Of a stretch of 64,000 bases of DNA, positions 1-12,400 are shown in pieces. Under the pieces are notes generated by a model. It made no database searches. It was not told the origin of the DNA and was given only the letters and a program-made list of their open reading frames with translations. Numbering within the stretch: the first letter of the stretch is position 1; every line of letters begins with the position of its first letter. Source of the stretch: Thalia democratica (taxonomy: Eukaryota); NCBI GenBank assembly GCA_965202585.1, contig OZ241830.1, forward strand, positions 54,002,001 to 54,066,000, given 5' to 3'. Both the position numbers and the translations under genes were made by a program.

Positions 1-229
1 GATTCAGATCTAGTTAGTAAAAAAGAGCATACAGAACAGTATTTTTTCAAAAACAAACCCTTTGTAAATTAAAAAGTCATTTTCGTCAGTTAAAATCAAA
101 CACCTACCGTGATTGGCTCATTTTGAACACGTGACTAATTTACATTTGTTTACATTTAAACTATGAAATAAACATTTTAGAAATGCAACTCTTTACCTAT
201 GTTGTAAAATTAAAAACTTTACTACCAAA

Positions 230-350
230 TTGTTAGGCTAGTTTTAAGATTTTTTGAAAAACTCAGGCTAGTTTTCTTTTAGATTTTGAATGAGTTTAAG
301 CTGATCCAGTTTTCAATATTTTGTGATTTTCTAGTTAATTTTGTTCAAGA
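230..350. mobile_element. Internal fragment of the CAGGGTT-ended family (actcaggctagtttt motif)
   Basis: Same aggctagtttt repeats as 27103-27477 and 29195-29272. Confidence 0.5.
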
Positions 351-380
351 ACTTGATTTTAATTGATTTTAGATTGGTAA

Positions 381-441
381 GGCTATAAGGCCTCCTTGAT
401 TTTTACAAGTTGATTTTATTTAATAGATTTTAATCTTAGCT
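381..441. mobile_element. Terminal fragment of Kolobok-like MITE family
   Basis: ccttgatttttacaagttgattttatttaatag matches the reverse complement of the right end of 27484-28164. Confidence 0.55.
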
Positions 442-583
442 ACCAGATATTGTTTCTGTGATGTACTTTATCTTTCTATCAATTTCCCTTATACTAAATT
501 TAAAGTTATTCATAGTTTTTTTTTAGCTTTTGTAGAAATGAAATTTTGAAACTACAAATGTAAGCTATACTTTTTATGTGAAA

Positions 584-755
584 ACTAGTGATGTACTGGA
601 CTCACTATCCGGGTCCGGATCCGGCCGGATATTGCCATTTTTGTCTGATATCCGGATCTGGCCGGATCTTGATATGAAAAAAAAGTCCGGATCCGATTCC
701 AGCCGGATCTTGATTTGAAAAAAAAGTCCGGATCCGGTTCCGGTACATCACTAGT
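584..755. mobile_element. MITE with 13-bp perfect TIR (actagtgatgtac) and CCGG/TCCGGA-rich interior, hAT-like ends
   Basis: TIRs at 584-596 and 743-755; internal duplicated gccggatcttgat..gaaaaaaaagtccggatccg; no TSD found. Confidence 0.75.
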
Positions 756-968
756 CGTAGGTTGTCTCGGATATTGCTGTTGATGGTTGAGTGGCAAAAA
801 TCATTATTTATTATTCTTTTAATAAGGTTTATCTTACTTTATAGTTAACTCAGACTGATTCTTAAAGGTTCCACAAAGTGAGTGATATCACCAAACTCTT
901 TTGGGAGTTACTGACCTAACAGCTAAGCTATATTTATAAACTAATTAAAGTCGTTTTTCCTTTATTAG

Positions 969-1143
969 GAGCACTGGAAATATGATGCTTTTGCGGCTCA
1001 TAAAGATGAAAATGGAAATATTTATGGTAGAGGTACACAAGACATGAAATGCGTTGGAATCCAGTATCTTGAAACCATTAGAAAACTTGTCTTGGAACGC
1101 AAATTGAAGTTTATGAGAACAATTTATTTATTGTTTGTTCCTG
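969..1143 (+). CDS. ACY1: ACY1 exon (EHWKYDAF...LLFVP)
   Basis: ttattag acceptor, gtaagt donor, RGTQDMKC motif. Confidence 0.95.
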
Positions 1144-4100
1144 GTAAGTGTATTGTTGACTTTATCTGCAATTTTGGTTGTTAGAATTTAGTTTTTATTT
1201 ATTTTATTTGTCAAATATTTTAATTTTTGGGTAGATATTTTTTTAATGAACTCTATTTAGCTAACTTTAGCTTAAATTTTAAATCTTTCTATAGTAAAAA
1301 TATGCTGAGTGAATTTAGTTGTAGTAATTACAAAATTGCACAAATTTTAGATGATCCCTGCATTGAAAATTTTAAGAAAAGTCTTAAACTATCTTTAAAT
1401 TTACAGTACATTTTTATAAATAATTGTTTAAATCTTAAGTTGTAGTAGTAAAATAGTAATATCATCGAAGTTTCATTGATACTGTTGTTGATATTGTGAA
1501 CAATTTAAATTTTCTTAAATCTGTATTTATTTTAATTTGCTTCAATTTTTATTTATTTTGTTTTAAATTTTACTCTAATTTATTGAAATGTGTAAACCTT
1601 AATATAAAAGAAATAATAATAGAGCAAAGTGTAATTAACATACATAAGTTCTTCTAGTTATATTGCAACTAAAAAATAAATAAAACATACGTAACAACTT
1701 ATAAACATATGTTTTATTTTTTTTTAGTTGCATTATAATTAGAAGTGTTAATGTATTGTTAATTACCCTTTGCTCTATTATTATAACTTTTACATTGATT
1801 ACATTTTCACTATATAAACCTTAATAATTTTAAATAAATCATGACAATTTTTAATACAGAAGTAATAAATATCATAATAATCTTTAAGTTTTGTTTGATT
1901 CACTAGTTACTTTTACATCTTAGTTTTCACAGTAAATTTAAGTAGTTTCAATAGTTACTTAATAGAATTAAGAGGTTAAAAGATTAACCTTTCTTAAACT
2001 TTTTTATTATATTAAATAAAATGTTTTTAGTAAGTATTTGTTTGTTAAACTGTATTCTAAAAATGTTATAATACGGAAAGAGTTGATATTATTATAGTCC
2101 ACTCGTTTAAATAACAGAGCTTTTAGAAGTTTCAAATTCTTCTACAGTTAAAAATACAAGGGTTATTTTAAATTACTCTGTTCAAGAAAACTTTATAAAA
2201 GGAGGCAGATTACAATATTGGCCTACAACTATTTATAAGCTTTATACTGTGTTGTACAAAACTAAGTTTTTAGTAAGAAGTTACAAGGTTCTAAAAAGAG
2301 GTAGATTCAACTAGATAGTTAATTAGACTAAAAACAAGATGTAGTCGTTAAATAGCGGCCTCTATGTGTAATTAAAATTGCTGCTTGCACTACCGAATGT
2401 CTGCCGATTCCTGATGTAGTATAAAAAATAAACTCTTACAAAGTATCAATGTAAAACATTGACAACACTAACATATTTACATTTTTTTATTATATTTATA
2501 GAATGTATTTAAAATACATGTAGCATTTTTTAGTTCCACAGGTGTGTATATTTTTTTGGAATTAATATAGTATTTCTTTATAAAGTAACATGTTTTGTTT
2601 TTATCCTTACTATATTTTATTATAATAGACGAGGAAGTCGGAGGTGTAAAAGGAATGAAATCGTTTATGCAAACAGAGCTGTTTAAAACGCTTAATATTG
2701 GTTTTGTTTTAGATGAAGGTCTTGCTAATCCAAATAACAAGTACTCAGTTTTTTATGGAGAAAGAACTCCATGGTGTAAGTTTATAAGTTTTTGATGCTA
2801 TCTCTTTTGCTTCTTTTAATAAAAATATAGTTTTATTTCATATTTTTAGTTTTTAATTTAAGTATGTGTTGATTACAATGACTTTTAATATTAAGCTACT
2901 GTATGTAAACAATTAATGTAAACATAAATTTTTACTTATAAAATAAAAATTGTTCCATAATTTATAGTCTGCATAAATATTGTCCAGAATTAGAAAGTTC
3001 AATTTAGAATGAGCAGGTATTGAGGGACAAGGACATTAATTAAAAAAAAAATTATCGGAGCTTATATTAAAGCTTAAAGTTTAAACTACTAGTTTGTTTT
3101 TAAAGATTGTAAAAAATTATATTAAGTTTATGAAAAAAATGAGTATGAATCGATTAACAATAGTTTTTTTTTGTTGTTTTTGCTTGAAAAAAAAAACACT
3201 AAAAATATATCTTATTTAATTTTTTTTTCGTTACTAGTTACCACCTGTTTTATAAAAAAATTCAACAAACAGTTACCAAATAATGTATTCAGGTATCTTT
3301 TTGTTAATATTAGAAGTGAACTAATTGTAAAAATTTTGTTATATTTGATAAAAAATTGAGAGAAATACCTACTTTTAGTAATAGTCTTTTTAAGCCATTT
3401 TAGTTTGCACCTTCAATAAAGATCGTTTCAAACTCACCCACTTTGATAACTTACGTTATTTTGCATTTTTTCAAGCGTTTACAAGTGTCTGGTGTCTACG
3501 ATATAAGTATAAAAAGTAATATCAACTTCAAAAACAAGATGAACTCCCTATTACCTAGTCCACGTAGCCGTTGTTGTAATTTTTGTGAGCTCTTTCTTAT
3601 TTAATGACATAGTTTTTAAGTTCCTTATAAAAACTTGATGCACAAACATAAAAAAATTCTAAATATTTTGGAAGACTAAACTGGAATTATGATTTATTTT
3701 ATCTTAAAAAAGAATGTGGACAATTTAATTTATTAAACTTGATTTTAAGTTTTATGTGTTCAAAAGTAGCTATATATAGAGAAAAAATAATTACAGTAAT
3801 AAACCTTATGTAAGTTAAGCTCTAAGAATTTACCTTATCAGTTTACATTTTTTATATTAAGTTAAGACCTTTTACAGTTTTATTTTATTGACCATAAGTT
3901 TTGAAAAAAAGAAAATATATGTGACAATTTAAACAAATTAAGGGTTGAAAATAAAATGTGAGGGGCCTCCAGGACATGGATCCAGGTTTATCAATGACAA
4001 CGCTCCAGAAAAACTAGTTAGTTAGTATTTTTTTTAAATGATTGTGGATTGAACAATTAATTACACAGAGAAGAATCCTAAACTCAGTGTTGGACTATAG

Positions 4101-7100
4101 GGACAAGCAACAAAAGATATTAGATAACTCAAATTCTTGCTTAACTTTGGGCGATGTTACTACAGTTAACCTTACTCGTGTGAATGTGAGTTGTTTATAT
4201 ATATTTTTTTGAATTTTGTAGTGTTATTAGCTTAATTTATTTGAGCATCATTTTAAGATTTTTATATTTATGTTTTTGTTTATTTATGTTTCCGTATTGA
4301 TTTTGAAATAAAAAAATATCATGTTTTAAATAAGGTATATTTTTAATACAAAAAGCACTTTACTGCAAACATTTTCTAGTTTTCTACCCGCATATCTTAA
4401 AATAAATTGAAGTTTAAATTGAAATAAAAAATATAGATAAATGTTTTATATTAGTTTTAGGAACCATATTAAGGATAAATACTAGTTTCGTTATTATCAA
4501 AGTTTCGCTTTAAAATCGTTTACTCCTTTTACTTTAAAGTAAAGTAATTGTTTGTTTGCTTTATTTTTTGTTTAACATTAAACGTTTTGTTGGCACAAAA
4601 CTTATTTGTTTTGTAAACATTTGACTTAAATAAAATAAACAAGGTTCGTGTGCAAAATTCTCAATTTTAGCCTGACATTTCTCAATTTTGACTGGCATTT
4701 TATCAAGATGGGCAATATTACCTTTTTAAGAAAATTTTGGCTGTTAGGGGGTGGTGTTTAGTAAGGCGGTAACTTACTAGTAATGTGGCTATATCTAGAA
4801 AGTGAGGCAATTTTTTTAGTTTTGCCAAGGGGTGTTTATGAAAATGAGTTTGGGAAACCCTGTCCTAACCTTTGTTGGTTAGCGCCCAGTTGGCTTTATA
4901 TCTAGATAAAACGAATACCATATTAGATGAGTTCTAGTTGAGTAGCTTATTGTTTAAAGAATTTTCTAGTGTTTTTTTTTTAGTTTCAAATTATTTTAAA
5001 AGATATGTTTCCTGAAAAATATTATAAAAGTTTCAGTTTTTGGAACTTGGATTGTTGTGTAACTGCTACATATATATCTAAGAGACAGTATTTTACAGAC
5101 AGTATTGCTACAAACAAAAATCGAATGTTTGTTTAGAAATAAATTCACATCTTAATAATCTACTCATAACTGAATAAAAAAAAAGTCAATTTTTTTAGGA
5201 AAATAAGAAATTTTAAAGCATTTGCAAGAAGTACTGACATTTTGCCTCATAAACTAAATGTTAATTTATAAATAAGTTCATGTCTTAATTTAATCTGTCT
5301 ACTCAAAACAAAATAAAAGTTAATCTTAAATTTCTTAAATAAATTCAGAAAGTTTTAAGCATTCGTACTGACAAATACTGACGTTTTGCCTTTAAAAGCC
5401 AAATGATTGTTTAGAAAGAAAATTGCATTAAAAAAATATTCTCAAAAATATTATGAATCTTCAAGCATTTGAACTGACAAAAACTAATATTTTCCCCGTT
5501 TTTCTAAAAACCTGATTTAGCCTGACACGCACGAACCCTGAATAAAGCTTTAAATGCCTAAGGTAATCCAATCAGAGCTTTTAAACTTCAGGGTGGAATA
5601 GCCAATAATCTGGTTCCAGCGGAAATATCAGCTGTGTTCGATTTTAGAATTGCCCCAACAGTTGACCTTGATGTTAGTTTAAAGCTTGTTTCTATTTGTT
5701 TGCGAATATTCTTTTTATCCGAACTTTCCAGTTTTTTAGATTATTTTTATATAAAACTTTTTGTACAAATTTCGGTTCAGTCGATTACGTCTTTATTATA
5801 ATTTATTTAAAAACAGCTTTATTCATTTGTTGATACCATTTAAAAAAGTGTATCCTTGACTTTAAAACAACTGGTAGGTACAAAGATACTTAAAATGTTT
5901 AATACGCCGTCAGACAAATTTAGTATTTGAGTAGAAAAAAAGTAGTTTTTATTTTCGGACACTTTTTGCTTGTCTAGATCAAAAGATTAAGCTCCTTCTT
6001 ATCACGTTATTTCAGATATATTTCAGATATATTTCATATTAATAAATTATATTTAATTTAAAACATCAGTAGTTTCTTTTATTTAGATTCTTGATGTTTA
6101 TACATTTAGAGGTTCAAGCATTTCTAAACTAATTAAAACTCCTTCAAGTGGTAGAACAACATTTCAAATTCTGATAGTTCTGAGTGTTTTGAAAAATATT
6201 CTATAACATGTTAATTATTATTTTCTATTAATCATTACAATCTTTTGTAGTTGGACCTTCTGGTTATTTTTTTCAATTTCAGACTATTTCTTAAGATATG
6301 GTTAAAAATAGTTATAAAATATTGCTGTTATTTAGGGTTTTTAGTTATATTAGTTTTATTTATGTCATAACTTTTCAGGCTTGCCAAAAAACCTGGAATC
6401 CTGGAAAAACCTGGAATTTGAGAAATTGCAATAAAAAACATGGAATTTTTAACAAAAATCACTTAAAAAACCTAGAACAACCAAGAAATTTAAATTATTT
6501 TATATAATAAGTAGTAGAATTTTAATTAGACACAAAAAGTCTACAATATAGATTGAAAAAATATCAAAAAGCACATTTGAAGTAGCTAAACAGTACCCTT
6601 TCAATGTTGTTATACTACTTAGCACAGTTTTTAATCTTAAACTTAGCTTTAAACTAAAAATAGACCCAAAAAAGCTTTACTTTTAAAAACCTGGAAGAAA
6701 TACAGAAAACCTAGAAGACATTTCTTAAGAAATTTTGGTAACCCTGACTTTTGAATATTTTGCCACTTTTTTTTCTTCAATTACAAATTGTTTCTTAAGA
6801 TTTAGCTCCTTGAAAGTCTTAAATTTGACGAACTTGAATGGTCATGTAACTGTTTAAATTATATTTTACAAATTTACAAATATGAGATATTTATGTTAAT
6901 AACATTATTAGTTTTTTTCGAATTGCTTCTATACCAAAGAAATATAAACGTTTCAGTGATTCTAAGTTTATTCTAAAACTAGAGTTTCGCAGTGGTATTA
7001 CTATTAGTGCTCTTCAGACAAAATAAACTCGTAAAATCACTACATTTGGCTATATTAAAAACTATAAAACTAATCGGGCGTGTTCATTGTTTTTAAATAA

Positions 7101-9376
7101 AGTTAATTAGTTTGCTTTTGGTAATTAATATAAGTAAAATAGATTAGTAGATTACGTTAACAGATTTCATGGTTAAAACTTAGAGTGTAAAAAATTAAAC
7201 GGAAATTAATTTTAAAATAACAAAAAGAAGTTTTTGGTAAAAAAACATAAAAATAAGTACAAAAGACATTACAAATTATATAGAGCTTTTGCTTATGGTT
7301 TTTCTAATTTCAAGTAGGTATGTTACTAGATGTCTACATGTGTTTATGAGTTCGTTTCTTATGTTGATACAGTACCTTTTCTCCTCGAATTGCTTTGGCT
7401 TCTGTTAAACATAGTTTGCAGGTGTCTTTTCCTTGTCTGGTTTTTCGGATTTGTTTGATTATTCTCCAAAGGATTTAATATTCTTAGTTTTTTCTTTTAA
7501 TTTCAAAATATCTTTAGATAATTCGATTGAGTTCTTTTATTTTAGATGGGTAGCTGTCCAATTTGCACGAGTGTACAAAATTGTATGACGGGAAAAAATT
7601 GCACGAGTGCACAAAGTTGCACGAAGATGCTTTTGCACGAAGACAATTTTGCACGGAGATTTTTTTGCACGGGTTAAGTATATTTATTTATTTTTATTGT
7701 TTTTTTACTATCACTGTTACCCTTGACCCTTACTCTCGGTCGGTAAGTTATTTTTTTCTAGTTTTTTTTTAAATATTTTTTTTTCTTTTACTTTTTTTTT
7801 AATTTCTAAAAAAATTAATTAATTATTTTTGTATTATTATTTTTTATAGTAATTTTTATTGTTTAATTCTTTATTTTTATTTTTACTATCACTGTTACCC
7901 CTAACCCTTACCCTCGGTAAGTAACTTTTTATTTAGTTTTTTTATCTTTTTTTTTTCTGTTTTTATTAATTTTTTTCTGTATTTTTTTTTCTTGTGCAAA
8001 ATGTAACTTGTGAAAAATTGACCCTTGGTGCAAAATCGTCTTCGTGCAATTTAGTCCAATCGTGCAATTTAGACCCGTTCCCATTTCAGATAGTTTATTT
8101 ATCTGGGTCAATCTTAAATGTTGTATTATGCACTGCGATTCTTTTATTGATTTCGTTTTCTGTTAGTCCTATATATACTTTGTTGACGTTTTTATGCTCT
8201 ATTTTTGCCTCGATAATGACATTTTCTTTTCTACACTCATTATTTTTAAATGGACATTCGTGTTTTTTTCTAAAATTGCACTTTTTTGAGCAGTTTTTAT
8301 CTTTATTGGCTTTCGAGGATCTTGGAGTTATGACATTTTATGATGTTTTCAATGTTAATCATGCAGGAGTAGCTGATTTTTACTTTATTTTTGTTTGTGA
8401 ATTTCTTAATTTTACTCTTTGAACCAAAATGTTTTTTTATTATGTTGATGAAATTTCTGCTTATGTTTATTTTTACTGCCTTGTCATATGGTGAATTGAA
8501 CCATAATACTCTTGTTTTCTAATTTTACCTTTTTTGTTTGTAATATTATTCTTATCGATGTATTTAATCTCTTTGCGGTATCCACTTTTTTTAGTGCTTC
8601 ATTGTGTACGTACTTTGATGAATCGAATAATTCTCTATTACTTTAGTATTTTTTGGTCCATTTTTCAATCATACTTGGTATTTACCTTAAGATAAAGTGA
8701 GGGTAGTTTGAGTTTACATCAATATTTTGATTTCGTTGTTTGGCTTTATGTATGGATTGAATGTTCCATTTTTGAATTTAGGTTTAGATCTAGGTAATCA
8801 ATTACATATGCTGGGTTTTCTATTCTTTGGAATCAACAGCCGTTATGTATGCGTTAAAAAAGGAAGTTATTTAAATAAGAGGAGTGAGTTCATATCGTCT
8901 TGTCGACATATGAAAAAGTTCCTCTTAAAATACAATAAATTTTGAAGTATTTTATAGTCACTTAACTTTAGTATTTGTTAATTTTAGTTGTTTGTAAGTT
9001 AGATGGTAGATCGATTTTTGAACTGAATTTTTATAATGCACAATATTACGTCATAATTTTTTTTGTTTATTTGTATAAATTTTGCATCTATGTTTAGCAA
9101 AGTGCTTTTTTATTTAAAAATTAACATGTACCAGTATTTTTAAAATCTTATTTTTCTAATGAATTATTTAAAAGCCCTTCAAGTTGACTCAGTAGAAGGT
9201 GTCCAAGTTTAAATAATAACCTTATTTTATATATATATATATATATATCCAATATTTATTTTAACAGTTTATTACTAACAAAACAATGTTTCACTCCTAT
9301 ACTTGCATATAGGAGATCCTCAGTTGTTGTAAACAGGTCTTATTCAAATAGTCTTATTTAATTTAAAACAAGTTAC

Positions 9377-9407
<31 letters not shown>

Positions 9408-12400
9408 ACCAAATGTAGTGGTTTTGCAAGCTTATTTTGACTGAAGAGCACAGGTAGTAATACCACTGCAAAACTGTAGTTTTAGAATAAACTTAGAATC
9501 ACTTAGTCGTTTATCTGAAGCTCTTTAAGGTTTTTAAAATTGAGCAGAGTTATACCAGCTTATTTTAAGGTGATTGAATATACCAAAGAAATAAAGTGCT
9601 TGAGTTTTTGTAAAACATTACACTTTGGATTTAAATTTTATAATGTTGTCATTAATTTGATAAGTTATCCACAGATTTGCTACAATAAAACTCTTGAATC
9701 AAAAATAATACTTAAAAATTCTCGAATACCTTTAAACTTTCATACCGTAAAAATAGACTTTTAATATTCACTGAAATAAAAATAATATTTTCTTGATCAA
9801 GCAGTTGTTTTTTATAAATATAAAAACTTCAGTAGTATCGACAATAAACATTTTAGAGATTTTGTTCTAATTTTTTATCGTACTTATTTTAAAAATTTAA
9901 AGTGCTTAAAATACTATTTATTAATTTGTATAATTATATATAAATATAAAAATTGTATATATAAAATTAAACTTATTTAAAATTTTCTAAAAATGACTAG
10001 AGCTTTAATATAAAAATAATTAATAGCTTTTATCTAAGTTAAAGTTTTTATCTCATATTTCGTGACAAATTATATAAACATATATTTTATAACCAGTAGC
10101 AGATTTTACGGAAAGTTTAAGTTGATACTAATAAATAAATGTATTTGTTATTTTTGATATGTTATTGAAACCCTTGATTGTGTTTTGATTGATTAATGTA
10201 CTATATGTTTATAGTAAAAACCACTTTTGTTTGAAACTCTAAAACACTAGTCCATATTTATAGATATAGATAATTATAGACGTTTTATATAAAGTTATTA
10301 TTAGATATCTTTTGAATTTTGAGAGGTTTCTTACCTAATTCAAGCTTAATATTTTTAAAATACAACATTGAATAGACAGTTACTGAATATATCTTTTAAA
10401 GTGATTATTTAATTGCATAATTGGTAATTTTTATATAATTCGAGCATATAACTGACATAAGTAGTACAATTGTTTAAGTTTTAAAAGATAAAAGATTAAG
10501 AGTTTTATTTAAGTAAAATCATGTAAAAGAACATAACAAAATATTTGGTGTTTAAATAGTTTTTTACTGCTTTGAATACCTATTATTGACGATAAGTTTT
10601 TATTTTCTTTTAAAAATAAATTTTAGTAGGTTTTTAATTTATTAATTGGTACGGATATTAAAAAACTTTTATTCAATTTTTAAAAACGGGTGGAAATCTA
10701 TTGTGTATTTGAATGAGCTTTTAAGCGTTTTTCTATTTATTTATTTCAAACTGAACTATGTTGTTATAGTATAACTCTTTTTTTACATGAAAACAGGTGC
10801 TAGAAAAACAAATAAAAGACTGGTGTGAGGAAGCCGGAAATAATGTTTCATTTTCGTTTATACAGGTCTGTTTATAAACATTTTGTTTTTAAAATTGAAC
10901 ATTTTAATATTCGTATCCTATGAGTACAGATGTGCACAGCAAATAAAATGTTTGTCATAAAGTTTTTTATTTTTAAATTAATAATATGCTATCAATAAAT
11001 TGATGCAGCCAAATATTCTTTACCCGCTGTCGGTCGTTTCAGTGCTTATGTACTATTCACGGCTCGTTTGGACGTCAACATCAGTTTCTCCCGACTCTGC
11101 CTGCCTAATGAGTCCTAATAAACACGAAACTGGTTATAGGTCGTCTAGAGTGCTGCTGTTGTTGGTCGTGCGGTGAACTCCATTATTTAAAAAAGTAACT
11201 TAAATAAAAAAAGAACTTAAACACAATTAGTCGCATATTTGAATGGGGATGGGTCGCATATGCACGAAGACACTTTTGCACGAGAGTAAAGAAAAATGAA
11301 TGAAAAGAAAAATTATCAATAGAAAAAAAATACCGAACAAGGGTAAGGGGTAACAGTGTTAGTAAAACAAAAAAAAACAACAATAAATATAATTTAAAGA
11401 AATCATCGCTTGTTCAAATAATTGCTATTCAAGTAGAATTCTATTTCAAAGAATTATTTTAATAAAACATAATGATAGTTTAACAAAGTTACCGACTGAA
11501 GGCAAGGTTTAGGGGTGACATAGATAGTTAGAAAAAAAAAAGACTGTAATTAAAAAATGATAAGAGGAAGGAAAAACAGTTACCGACCAGGTAATGGTTA
11601 GAGGTAACAGTGATAGTAAAAATAAAGAAAAAAACAACTCGTGCAAAAGTGTATTCGTGCAAAAGTGACCTCTAGTGCAAAATTGTCCCTTTCGTGCATA
11701 TTTGACACCTATTTATTTGAATGCAGCTGTGTCTTTTTTATTAATAATTAATCGCATCAAAACCCCATATTTAAGTATGGTAGTTAATTTTCAAGTTAGT
11801 TTAAAACTAAGCTAAAAAACAAAATTAGAAAACAGAGAAGCAGAAAATGACAACTCATGATGATACAAGCCCATGGTGGAGAGCATTCAAGAACGCCTGT
11901 TGCGATAAGTTGTAAGTATATATTATCTAAAAACAAAAAAAAAAATTCAATCAACTTAAATTTGATAATAATATTTACTGTGCAATCATTTAAAGTTTTC
12001 AGTTGCATCACGAATAAAAAAAAAGTAATACAATTGCTTAAAAGAACAAAATTGACTGCAATTAAAAACATAAATTGAAGTGTTTTATTTAAAAGAAATA
12101 AATAAGCATTTAACATATATCGTTTACTTCTTTTTTAAAAACAATTACTACGTCGGTTTTCACAATATTTTTAAAGCAATATCAAAAAATAGAGTAAATT
12201 TTCTATTTTTAACGAATGTGATAAATGCTTTCTCTAACAATTTTTTTTTTGATTAAGTAAAGTTTCCGCATTAAGTTAATTAACAGGTATTAAATCTAAA
12301 ATATTCTTGATTGTATAAAAAATAAGTTGACAATTTAAATTTAGTAGATTTTTTAAATTAACTAGATGAAAGTATATTAACATAGTTTCAATTTTAAGAT

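Larger units (their letters stand above)
6940..8830 (-). mobile_element. 5'-truncated, decayed Penelope-like retroelement (RT thumb + GIY-YIG endonuclease + 3' region with hammerhead)
   Basis: Minus-strand translation with stops/frameshifts: [79 protein letters not shown], all typical PLE motifs; interrupted by MITE 7548-8082. Confidence 0.9.
8830..9520 (+). mobile_element. 3' end of a Penelope-like element (ORF C-terminus [14 protein letters not shown] + 3'UTR + hammerhead), inverted relative to 6940-8830
   Basis: LNKRSE..CRH is the typical PLE C-terminal motif; similar to 17338-17760; last ~120 bp closely similar to the reverse complement of 6940-7060. Confidence 0.8.

Noticed and set aside
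100-140. GATTGG plus CACGTGAC, promoter-like
   Set aside because: Lies inside an ACY1 intron with no ACY1 5' exons between it and 969; a similar stretch at ~25920 suggests a repeat remnant
585-797. 70-aa minus-strand ORF
   Set aside because: It is the reading of a GC-rich MITE; no protein motif
7546-8084. AT dinucleotide flanks suggesting an ISL2EU-type element
   Set aside because: Both full copies have 9-bp TSDs, which fits Mutator-like elements better
11857-12078. 73-aa plus-strand ORF
   Set aside because: Overlaps an ACY1 exon in another frame and runs into AT-rich intron
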